Part shown: piece by piece, positions 1 through 8,128 of the stretch
Numbering within the stretch: the stretch's first letter is position 1
Layout of the letters: each line of letters begins with the position of its first letter
Assembly: GCA_019695155.1 (NCBI GenBank)
Contig: JAIBAO010000035.1
Coordinates: 1-64,000, forward strand
DNA length: 64,000 bases
Origin: Burkholderiaceae bacterium
GTDB lineage: Bacteria; Pseudomonadota; Gammaproteobacteria; Burkholderiales; Burkholderiaceae_C
Direction: 5' to 3'
Made by a program: the position numbers and the translations under genes
Notes under the pieces: generated by a model
What the model was told of the DNA's origin: nothing
Databases searched by the model: none
What the model saw: the letters and a program-made list of their open reading frames with translations, nothing else

Positions 1-181
1 CTTTTTCAATAAAACTATTACGAGCGTTTTGTTTACTGATCAAGCCCTCATAGAATTGGCCCACCAATACTACGGCTAAAGCACCAGCAAAGGCAGTTAG
101 GGCCGCTTGAACAAAAAAGTCTCTACGCCGCTGCTTTTTCTTCTCTTCGCGGTGGGGAAGTAAATTAATACGGATGGTCAT
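1..181 (-). CDS. pilN: Type IV pilus assembly protein PilN. The N-terminus is partial and the gene continues beyond the window start.
   Basis: The minus-strand translation from the ATG at 179-181 gives MTIRINLLPHREEKKKQRRRDFFVQAALTAFAGALAVVLVG, a PilN-like N-terminus with a TM segment. The ATGA start/stop overlap with pilM is the typical pilMN coupling. Confidence 0.75.
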   Translation of the reverse strand, partial: MTIRINLLPHREEKKKQRRRDFFVQAALTAFAGALAVVLVGQFYEGLISKQNARNSFIEK

Positions 182-1305
182 TGGTCAAACCTCCGCATGG
201 CTAAGCCACAAGCTACCATTAGCAACGGAGCATCGGCCTGTAATTGCCGCTCGCGTACGTTGGGAGATATTTCCATGGCCTTAAAGGGTGATACTACTGA
301 AGTCGGCACTTGGGTACGGTTCACTACTGCATCCACAAGGTCTGGCAATACCGCACATCCACCTCCCAGCATAATTTGATCTACACGGCTATAAGGGGTG
401 GAAGTGAAAAAGAATTGCAACGCACGCGCTATCTCAAGTGCACACGCATCGGTAAAAGGCTGTAAAAAATCTTTCTCCCAGCCTTCTGGTAAATCACCCG
501 CACGCTTTTTAGCTTCTGCCTCTTCAAAAGACAGACCATAAGCACGAGCAATATCTTGAGTTAGCTGATTGCCTCCAAAGGCCTGGTCGCGTTCATAGAC
601 AACCTGCCCGTTCAGGATCACTGAAACATTTAAGGTATTGGCACCTATGTAAAACAGCGCCAGTAATAAACCTTCACCACGATTTGGCAGCTGTGCACTG
701 GCTAGTGCAAGCGCTGCATGAGAAGCATAGGATTCAACATCCATGACCATGGCTTTAAGGCCTGCTGCTTCTGCCACGGCAACACGGTCTTCTACGCGCT
801 CTTTGCGAGCAGCGGCAAGCAGTACTTCAATGTCATCTTTGGATTGAGGTGCAGGTCCAATAACACAAAAATCAATACTGACCTCATCCAGCGCGAAAGG
901 AATGTACTGATTAGCTTCGCTTTCAATTTGCAGCTCAAGTTCTTCATCCGATAAATTAGCCGGAAGAAAAATCCGCTTGGTGATCACCGCCTGTAGCGGC
1001 AATCCAAGGGCCGCATTTTTAGTGCGACAACCGGCTTTTCGCCAGGCGCGACGGGTAGCGTCTGCTACCACATCAACTTTTTCTATGTTGCCATCCACCA
1101 CTGCGCCCCTGGGCAGCTGCTCGATGGCGTAACGCTCGAGTCGTAAACGTCCATTGGCGCCAGAAGACAGCTCCACTAGCTTAACGCTAGTAGCGCTGAC
1201 ATCCACTCCTACCAGTGGTGCATTACGACTCCCAAACAGGGCTGAAAGATCAAAGGCCAACCGGGTTTCTCCCTGAGCTCTTAATTCTGAAAATACTGTT
1301 GACAA
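178..1305 (-). CDS. pilM: Type IV pilus assembly ATPase-like protein PilM
   Basis: A 375-aa ORF with the PilM signature (VGVDVSATSVKLVEL) and an actin-like fold. It lies divergent to PBP1A, as in the conserved pilMNOPQ/ponA arrangement. Confidence 0.85.
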   Translation of the reverse strand: MSTVFSELRAQGETRLAFDLSALFGSRNAPLVGVDVSATSVKLVELSSGANGRLRLERYAIEQLPRGAVVDGNIEKVDVVADATRRAWRKAGCRTKNAALGLPLQAVITKRIFLPANLSDEELELQIESEANQYIPFALDEVSIDFCVIGPAPQSKDDIEVLLAAARKERVEDRVAVAEAAGLKAMVMDVESYASHAALALASAQLPNRGEGLLLALFYIGANTLNVSVILNGQVVYERDQAFGGNQLTQDIARAYGLSFEEAEAKKRAGDLPEGWEKDFLQPFTDACALEIARALQFFFTSTPYSRVDQIMLGGGCAVLPDLVDAVVNRTQVPTSVVSPFKAMEISPNVRERQLQADAPLLMVACGLAMRRFDQ

Positions 1306-1542
1306 AACCGATACTTAGCGTGCTTTTCCAGAATTTACATGAGACTGTAGCAACAAGCTTTTTAGTATGTAAAGCAAAACTAAGCAATAAAGTTGATTAA
1401 CCGTTGCTTATGCGTCACGACTTGTGATTTAGATCCCCAATTTATGGCTCTAAAGGCCCGTATAAACCCCTATCGCGTGTGCAGACCGTTACACTTTTTA
1501 TACTGGTACTGTATTCACCTTCAAATATTTTTATCTTTACTC
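1306..1542. promoter_or_regulatory. Divergent pilM / mrcA promoter region
   Basis: This is a 237-bp AT-rich spacer between the divergent pilM and mrcA starts. No specific operator was identified. Confidence 0.4.
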
Positions 1543-3906
1543 ATGCCTATAACACCTCAGGATGCTTCTACAAATAAAAGCACCGAAAGCAACTTTTCTT
1601 TATTAAGTGTTTCCTCTGTATTAGGTAAAACACTTCTGGGTTTGCTAGGTATCGCACTAGCATTAATTTTATGCTTGGCTCTTGCAATTGCAGCCGTGCT
1701 GCCTACTCTCCCTTCTATTGAAGCTGTAACAGATTATCGCCCAAAAATCCCTTTGCGGATTTATACAGCAGATGGTGCACTCATCGGCGAATTTGGCGAA
1801 GAGCGACGCACTTTTGTCAAAATTAATGATATTCCTGATCGCATGAAAAAAGCATTGTTATCTATTGAAGATGATCGCTTTTATGCGCATAGTGGCATTG
1901 ATGTGGTTGGGATTATCCGAGCCTCCCTTTCTCATGTCTCGGGTGGAGGGGGAGGTGCCAGCACCATCACACAGCAAGTAGCACGCAACTTTTTTCTAAC
2001 CAGTAACGAACCAAGCTTCAGCCAAAAGTTAAGACGTAAATTTTATGAAATTCTACTTTCGCTAAAGATAGAGGCTAGTTTAAGCAAGGATCAGATTCTT
2101 GAGGTTTATATGAACCATATTTATCTGGGAGAAAGAGCTTATGGTTTTGCTGCCGCAGCTAATACTTACTTTGGAAAAACGTTGAACGATTTGACTGTAG
2201 CAGAAGCCGCCATGCTGGCAGGCCTGCCCAAGGCACCGGCCGCGAATAATCCTATTGTGAACCCAAAACGCGCCCGATCCCGTCAGCTTTATATTCTGGA
2301 GCGCATGCGTATTCTTGGCTATATCAATGAGGGGGCTTACGATGCTGCAAAAAAAGAAGAGATCAAAATCCGCAACAGTCGCTTAAATTCGGATATTCAT
2401 GCCGAATATGTGGCTGAAATGGCCCGTCAGCTCGTATTTGACCAGTATAAGGAAGATGCTTACACGCTGGGCTTATCCGTCATTACCACGATTCTAAAAG
2501 AAGATCAGCAAACAGCTTATGAGTCTTTACGTAAGAGTGTTTTAGACTACGAGCGCAGACATGGCTACCGTGGCCCAGAAGCTTATATCGAGCTGCCAGA
2601 TAATCTGGAGGAACGTGATGAAGCAATAGATAATGCTTTGTTGGAAAATCCTTCCAGTGACCAGCTGATTAGCGCTGTTGTACTGGAAGCCTCGCCCAAA
2701 CAGGTCAAGGCCCAATTGCGTAACTCTGATGTGATTACGATTTTAGGGGAAGGCTTACGCTTTGCAGCTCCTTCGCTGGCCGCAACTGCTCCTTCAACAC
2801 GATCTATTCGCAAAGGCGCTGTAATTCGCGTACTCAAAGACTTAAAGGGCAACTGGGAAATTGTGCAAATGCCTGAAGTTGAAGCCGCTTTTGTAGTCGT
2901 CAATCCCAACAATGGAGCAGTACGGGCTTTAGTGGGAGGATTTGACTTTAACCGCAACAAATTTAATCATGTCACTCAAGCCCAGCGACAGCCCGGCTCC
3001 AGTTTTAAACCCTTTATCTACTCTAGCAGTTTGGAAAAAGGGTTTACTCCTTCTACCTTGATTAATGATGCACCCATCTTTATCGATTCTTCAACCACAG
3101 GTGGACAAGCCTGGGCACCGAAAAACTACGATGGAAAGTTTGATGGGCCTATGCGTATGCGTCAAGCCCTGGCGCGATCCAAAAACATGGTCTCCATCCG
3201 TTTGATGCAGGCGGTGGGACCAAAATATACGCAAGAATGGATCACTCGATTCGGGTTTGAAGCCGAAAAACATCCTCCTTATCTCACTATTGCCCTGGGC
3301 GCAGGCAGCGTTACACCCTGGCAGATGGCCGATGCTTATAGTGTTTTTGCTAACGGGGGGTTCAAAATCAATCCCTTCATTATTTTTAAGGTCACGGACC
3401 AGCAGGGCAATGTAGTGATGCAGGCTAAGCCTAAACAAGCGGGTGATGAAACAAACCGGGCCATTGATGCCCGTAATGCTTATAGTATCTGGAGCATGAT
3501 GCAAGACGTAATCCGTGCAGGCACAGCTACTAAAGCACTGGTACTTAAACGGCCGGATTTAGCGGGCAAAACCGGTACAACTAATGATGCTTTTGATGCC
3601 TGGTTTGCAGGTTACAACAATCAAATTGTAGGAATTAGTTGGGTGGGATATGACCAACCGAAAAGCTTGGGTGAACGGGAAACTGGAGGAGGAGTGGCTC
3701 TGCCCATGTGGATCAACTATATGGCTAAAGTATTGCCAAAAATGCCTGAAGTGGAAAGACCTTTTCCTGAAGGTTTAACAAAAATAGGGGGGGAAATTTT
3801 TTATGTAGAAAATATCCCCGGTCAAGGTGTTTCTTCATTAGGCTTGGGAGAAGGAACAGCCACAGAAGATAAAAAGAAAGAAGAAGCCAAGGAGCAGCTG
3901 TTTTAA
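1543..3906 (+). CDS. mrcA: Penicillin-binding protein 1A (bifunctional transglycosylase/transpeptidase)
   Basis: The protein has GT51 motifs (EDDRFYAHSGID, RASLSH), the transpeptidase SxxK motif (GSSFKP) and KTGT. The track ORF begins at a TTG at 1393. The ATG at 1543 (MPITPQ...), just before the TM anchor, is the more likely start. Confidence 0.9.
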   Translation: MPITPQDASTNKSTESNFSLLSVSSVLGKTLLGLLGIALALILCLALAIAAVLPTLPSIEAVTDYRPKIPLRIYTADGALIGEFGEERRTFVKINDIPDRMKKALLSIEDDRFYAHSGIDVVGIIRASLSHVSGGGGGASTITQQVARNFFLTSNEPSFSQKLRRKFYEILLSLKIEASLSKDQILEVYMNHIYLGERAYGFAAAANTYFGKTLNDLTVAEAAMLAGLPKAPAANNPIVNPKRARSRQLYILERMRILGYINEGAYDAAKKEEIKIRNSRLNSDIHAEYVAEMARQLVFDQYKEDAYTLGLSVITTILKEDQQTAYESLRKSVLDYERRHGYRGPEAYIELPDNLEERDEAIDNALLENPSSDQLISAVVLEASPKQVKAQLRNSDVITILGEGLRFAAPSLAATAPSTRSIRKGAVIRVLKDLKGNWEIVQMPEVEAAFVVVNPNNGAVRALVGGFDFNRNKFNHVTQAQRQPGSSFKPFIYSSSLEKGFTPSTLINDAPIFIDSSTTGGQAWAPKNYDGKFDGPMRMRQALARSKNMVSIRLMQAVGPKYTQEWITRFGFEAEKHPPYLTIALGAGSVTPWQMADAYSVFANGGFKINPFIIFKVTDQQGNVVMQAKPKQAGDETNRAIDARNAYSIWSMMQDVIRAGTATKALVLKRPDLAGKTGTTNDAFDAWFAGYNNQIVGISWVGYDQPKSLGERETGGGVALPMWINYMAKVLPKMPEVERPFPEGLTKIGGEIFYVENIPGQGVSSLGLGEGTATEDKKKEEAKEQLF

Positions 3907-4050
3907 AAACGTCTTGTAGAAAAACTTCTAAGATTGGGGTTCTCACCATACGGTACAACATATACAAAGCACAGCCAGTGCCCCAACGCAGGAATTTACA
4001 TAGCAACTAATTTATAGAGGCTCCCTTCTTAAGTTGATGAGTTGGTTTTT

Positions 4051-4131
4051 CTTACCGTAATATTGATGCGCTTTTTCAGACAAAAATGGCTCAGAAAGCG
4101 CATTAATATTACGGTAAGCTTTTTATTTTTC
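4051..4131 (+). terminator. Long inverted repeat followed by a T-run; a probable mrcA terminator of unusual length
   Basis: Arms 4051-4079 and 4090-4118 are near-perfect reverse complements (about 29 bp) around a 10-nt loop. They are followed by CTTTTTATTTTTC. Confidence 0.55.
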
Positions 4132-4254
4132 AAAATCCCTCGCACAGCCCTGCCTGCTAGAAAAGTAAAGCAAGCAGCACATCTTTAAAACATGCTGCCC
4201 GCTTCGTTGGGCCAAAAAAACCGTTTCTAACTTCATAAACCGCTCCCGTGATGA

Positions 4255-4515
4255 TTAAAGCCGACTAACGTCAGGAATCACGGCAATTAATTCATCACCT
4301 TCATAGATGGCGCCAAAGGAAATGCCTTCAATTTGTACCGTGCCAAATTCACGTCGGGGAGGTTTGATAGCGGCCGCGCGTCTGGCAGCAGCACGGCGCG
4401 CGGCTGCATGTTTGCTGGCGTAAGTGCGCAGCAAGCGGGCCAGTCGGGTAGCCAGCGCTGCACCTATAGGCGCCGTAGGTGCTAGCCCAACACCTGCAAT
4501 AACTCGTAAAAACAT
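4255..4515 (-). CDS. Hypothetical small protein with a hydrophobic N-terminus and an Ala/Arg-rich linker. It is co-oriented downstream of the SPFH gene.
   Basis: An 86-aa ORF lying 75 bp downstream of the SPFH gene on the same strand. No recognisable domain. Confidence 0.4.
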   Translation of the reverse strand: MFLRVIAGVGLAPTAPIGAALATRLARLLRTYASKHAAARRAAARRAAAIKPPRREFGTVQIEGISFGAIYEGDELIAVIPDVSRL

Positions 4516-4590
4516 GATTATTCTCCTTAATTAAGATAAGTATTACTACCCCTGCTCGAAGATGCTTTACCTCCAGGCAGGGGTACTGCT

Positions 4591-5736
4591 TTACTGTGGT
4601 CGAATATTGACCAGATCCTTAAGCACAGCATCGAGTCCACCAAACACAGAAATTTTGTCGATTTTCTCGGCCACTTTTTCTAGTGCTTCCAACTCTTTGA
4701 GTCGCAATGCTGTTGGATTTTTTTCCATCACCATGGCGGTGTTTAACAAAGAGCGGGTTGCAGCAGTTTCTTCACGCCGACGGATCACATTGGCTTGAGC
4801 AATCTTTTCGGCTTCTACCACTTTGGCCAGCAAAGTTTTCATATCGCCAGGCAAAATGATGTCTTTCACACCTACCGATTCAAGCTCTAGACCAAAACCC
4901 TCCAAGCGTTTAGCAATATAGGCTTTCACTACATCATCAATGAGCGTTTTATTTTCTAAAATCTCATCTAAGGTGCGTGTTCCTACCGCGGCCCGTAAAC
5001 CAAACTGCAGCTCCTTATAAAGAAATTCAGCTGGTTTAGCCTGTTGAGCAAAGGCAAGTTGCACATCTGTGAAACGATAAGCTGCGCTCAGATTCACCCG
5101 CAGAGCTACCTTGTCACGCGTCAAAATTTCCTGACCGGCTACTTCCAAAACCTGCAGGCGCAAATCGACAAACTGCACCTGTAAATCCCGGCCAAAACGC
5201 CAAAAAGCATGGACTCCAGGCTCCAGTGAAACGGTACGTTTACCGTCGACAAATAAAATACCCAGGTTATATTGTGGAACTTTCACTCCAAATACCTGGG
5301 CTGCACCTCCAACCCGTGCTTTAAAACCAGCCTCAGTAGACTCAACCAGCTGTTTTGCCAAGTTATCTTCTACCCGAAAATCAGTAGCAATATTCACTAC
5401 TGTATGCGCGAGTTCTACAAAACCTTTCCAGTAGAGTCGCCGAGTATTCGGAGCCAACACTTCCACAAGCACCCCGTTTTCATAACGCAGGCCAACCTGA
5501 TCATTAGCCAGCTTAATAAGATAAAACTCACGCTCTACTAAATCCGTTTCAGTATTAATAAAGTATTCTGCTAAACGGTGCACAAAGGCGGTTTGAGTCA
5601 ATGAAAATTTTTCAATAGAAAAACGCTGCAGGGGATCAAACTTAATATGTTCTCCCGGGCCTAAGACTTGAACAAAATCGCCTCGATTAAATAACAAAGC
5701 GCGCTCATCTTTTTTCACTAGAAATGTGCGAAACAT
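4591..5736 (-). CDS. SPFH/band-7 (stomatin/flotillin-like) domain protein
   Basis: A 381-aa protein with a band-7 core and a C-terminal coiled-coil (EAEKIAQANVIRRREETAATR...) typical of the SPFH family. Confidence 0.75.
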   Translation of the reverse strand: MFRTFLVKKDERALLFNRGDFVQVLGPGEHIKFDPLQRFSIEKFSLTQTAFVHRLAEYFINTETDLVEREFYLIKLANDQVGLRYENGVLVEVLAPNTRRLYWKGFVELAHTVVNIATDFRVEDNLAKQLVESTEAGFKARVGGAAQVFGVKVPQYNLGILFVDGKRTVSLEPGVHAFWRFGRDLQVQFVDLRLQVLEVAGQEILTRDKVALRVNLSAAYRFTDVQLAFAQQAKPAEFLYKELQFGLRAAVGTRTLDEILENKTLIDDVVKAYIAKRLEGFGLELESVGVKDIILPGDMKTLLAKVVEAEKIAQANVIRRREETAATRSLLNTAMVMEKNPTALRLKELEALEKVAEKIDKISVFGGLDAVLKDLVNIRPQ

Positions 5737-6159
5737 AGGTTTTTCCTTTTTTGTTTGAATTATTTACACGGAGCGCGTTGAGAAACCTGGAGCAAAACCT
5801 CCGTGAGGCTGTCGTATTGCCGACAACACGTCTTGTCCAGATGAGAAATAAGGAGGGCCAGTTGCACAGGTATATCGCGGAACGATGGGATGCAAGCACA
5901 GAGTCACAGCCGCGCCTTCCGTTCGGTAGTGCTTTACAGGGGTTCCCCCACAAAAACGCTACATAAACTTCTGGCTGGGTCTGCACCGTATGAATGCATT
6001 AGCCATCAATCAAGCGAAATACGAGCCGGGTTTATTACATTTCAACTGCAATGCTAATAAACTCCCACAACTGGCCCATGGTGGGCTTTAGCACCAAGCG
6101 AACTTGGCACCTTAGCCCGGTTTGCTCTCCTTGGAAGGGAGGTGACCTTTACAGGGTCA

Positions 6160-6233
6160 TGGTTTTCCAGCAGGATTCGAACCCGCTACACATCGATTAT
6201 GAGTCGATTGCTCTACCAATGAGCTATGGAACA
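6160..6233 (-). tRNA. tRNA with a CAU anticodon (Met/Ile2-like), with an irregular acceptor stem
   Basis: The reverse complement shows a D-arm TAGCTCATTGGTAGAGC, an anticodon arm ATCGA-CTCATAA-TCGAT and a T-arm GCGGG-TTCGAAT-CCTGC. By hand-folding the acceptor stem has a U1-A72 pair and a G2.A71 mismatch, and the CCA is not cleanly encoded. Confidence 0.55.
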
Positions 6234-6234
6234 A

Positions 6235-6306
6235 GGTGATGAAAACAGGAATCGAACCTGCGCCCTCAGCTATTAAGGCTGCGCTCTGCCACTGAGCTAC
6301 TTCATC
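6235..6306 (-). tRNA. tRNA-like gene of uncertain identity (a UAA anticodon by hand-fold, with no long variable arm)
   Basis: The reverse complement shows a well-paired acceptor GATGAAG/TTTCATC, a D-arm TAGCTCAGTGGCAGAGC and a T-arm GCAGG-TTCGATT-CCTGT. The anticodon stem has only 4 bp plus a G.A mismatch, with loop CTTAATA. It abuts the previous tRNA with a 1-nt spacer. Confidence 0.5.
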
Positions 6307-6510
6307 CACATCTATCCCTTTCAAACTGCGGCATACGCCCGCCCGACAATTCTCATTGGGGCAGCGCACCAGCCAGGACTAAAACCCTGAACCGTTAGCA
6401 GTCAGATTGGTGACAGATTCTTTAATACAGGCCGCCTTTGTACGCGGCTTGCAAAATATCTACATTACTTATTCACTGCATTTATTAAATACTTACAAGG
6501 ATTGGCTTTA

Positions 6511-6699
6511 TTAATCCAATTCTTTCCAGTGCCTAGCCTGCAGGTCTTGTGCCAGTTCAATACGTGCTTTTTGGCGGCCGGTTCGGGGTATTTTTTCGTG
6601 TGCTCCAGCTTTGCGAAACAAGCTTGCAACCACGTGGGGATTGCGGGGTTTTAACCCGGGGACTTTAAACACATTTTTGGTCATCATGATGAGCCTCAT
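6511..6699 (-). CDS. arfA: Alternative ribosome-rescue factor ArfA-like small protein
   Basis: A 62-aa basic protein. The segment PGLKPRNPHVVASLFRKAGAHEKIPRTGRQKAR resembles the ArfA core (…[27 protein letters not shown]…). The true start is probably at the internal Met codons (MMTKN...). Confidence 0.5.
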   Translation of the reverse strand: MRLIMMTKNVFKVPGLKPRNPHVVASLFRKAGAHEKIPRTGRQKARIELAQDLQARHWKELD

Positions 6700-7017
6700 T
6701 TTTCAAAAATAAAGATTGATAAATCTTAGTAGTTGGTCAATTACTGTATGAGGAATGCCTTCAAAAAAGACATTCCTCATACAGCCACTAGGGTGTGTAA
6801 ACCCTAGTGGCCTTCAGAGAACAGGTATCGATACAAGCCAACACAAACATTAGCCTGTACATATACCTATTGTTTAAATTGTTAAGGAGCAGGGATTAAG
6901 CTGTAAAAATACAGATACATCCATCACAAATGAATAAACGCCTGGAGATCAAACGGTTAGCCATTTGCGCCTTTCTGTAAGGCGACATTTCCATCAATCT
7001 AAATAGTCAAAAACAAA

Positions 7018-7052
7018 AAGGCCCGGAGCTACTCAGCATCCGGGCCTTTTTG
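7018..7052. terminator. Bidirectional rho-independent terminator
   Basis: An AGGCCCGGA...TCCGGGCCT stem flanked by an A-run upstream and a T-run downstream. Confidence 0.6.
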
Positions 7053-7403
7053 ATCAGGCAAGCTTTTTAAAGCTTAGGAGTTATTCAGCTTTGGGGCTGT
7101 ACACTCCTTTTTCCGGACAATATCTTGTTTGGATTAACTACTAAAAAATCAGTTATTGCTCCATCCATCGATAGCCCTTCTTTTCCATTACCCAAAATGG
7201 TCCCGAAAGGCAAAAGCCTAGCAACGGTAAAATTTTTAGGGTACTGAAGCATTAAGTTACTCTTTAAAAAACAGGGTTAATGGGAAGAAAAACTTATTAA
7301 ACGGATGGGGCATTTAATTTTTACTGCAAATTATTTGCTGTTTGGTTTTATTACTTTCAATAATCAAATGATAAATAAATATTTATCATTTGACAATCAT
7401 TGT

Positions 7404-8036
7404 TTATTTTTTGTGCTTTAAAGGAAGGGCTGCTTGTTGTGTTTTTGCTGCAGCACCGCTTCTAATGACTGCTGGATCAAAAAGCACTTCACTGAGTAAT
7501 TCCATCAGACGGGTTTTTGCTCGTCCCGGATTACGGCGGTAATAAGCAAGCACAAGACCTACTATAAAACGTTCATCATCATCGTGAGGCAGTGAAGAGT
7601 CAGAGGGAACCGGTACTAACACTGGACCGTTGAATAACTGTTCAAAACTGGAATCATTAGGCAATCTCTTAACAGTACCGTTACTCATTCGATCCAAAAC
7701 ATTATTTTCTGAAAACGAACCTTGATCCGGAGCCTGTGGGGCATGCGGAACATCCATCCAGCCGTAAGGTTTTTTTGATAGAACCTCAAATTGGCGCGCC
7801 AAACGTTCGCCAATCTGACGACTGCGGCTTTTAATCTGACTCCAGTAACTAGGCTGAATTTGCAGGCGCTCCGCAAAACGTCGCTCTAAACCCCGCAGGG
7901 TTGCTGCATCTGCATGCGATACTGTGTTTCGGACATATTCATCAAACAACGCTAATGCATTGTCTACTCGTACTTGAGCGATATCCAGCGATTTTGGAGT
8001 GTGCGAACTAGGCATATTCCAATGATAAACGTTCAT
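7404..8036 (-). CDS. Hypothetical protein with an N-terminal XRE-like HTH
   Basis: A 210-aa protein. Residues around 55-90 (FAERLQIQPSYWSQIKSRSRQIGERLARQF) fit the XRE/Cro helix-turn-helix pattern. The C-terminal half is uncharacterised. Confidence 0.45.
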   Translation of the reverse strand: MNVYHWNMPSSHTPKSLDIAQVRVDNALALFDEYVRNTVSHADAATLRGLERRFAERLQIQPSYWSQIKSRSRQIGERLARQFEVLSKKPYGWMDVPHAPQAPDQGSFSENNVLDRMSNGTVKRLPNDSSFEQLFNGPVLVPVPSDSSLPHDDDERFIVGLVLAYYRRNPGRAKTRLMELLSEVLFDPAVIRSGAAAKTQQAALPLKHKK

Positions 8037-8128
8037 TTATCTTTATGGGAAGGAAACCCAAAGATTTTTATCTCTAACAAGTAAAGATGAGGCTCTAGCT
8101 GTGTTGAGTCTCACCTTTATTCAGCCTA

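Noticed and set aside
1393-1542. The upstream extension of the PBP1A ORF from a TTG start (MINRCLCVTT...).
   Set aside because: The extension is Cys-rich with no conservation. It would overlap the divergent pilM promoter. The ATG at 1543 directly precedes the TM anchor typical of PBP1A.
2583-3504. Antisense ORFs of 125 and 137 aa inside mrcA.
   Set aside because: They are shadow ORFs on the opposite strand of a highly conserved gene, with low-complexity translations.
5705-5986. Overlapping ORFs of 93 aa (minus) and 71 aa (plus) upstream of the SPFH gene.
   Set aside because: They mutually overlap, have no Shine-Dalgarno sequence, and have low-complexity translations. This is most likely the SPFH promoter/leader region.
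6157-6369. A 70-aa minus-strand ORF.
   Set aside because: It spans the two tRNA genes, so its reading frame is incidental.
6100-8100. A genomic island or prophage integrated at the tRNA pair.
   Set aside because: There is no integrase, direct-repeat att duplicate or phage genes. Only an AT-rich ORF-poor stretch and small ORFs are present. It is kept only as a weak 'island remnant' idea under the findings.
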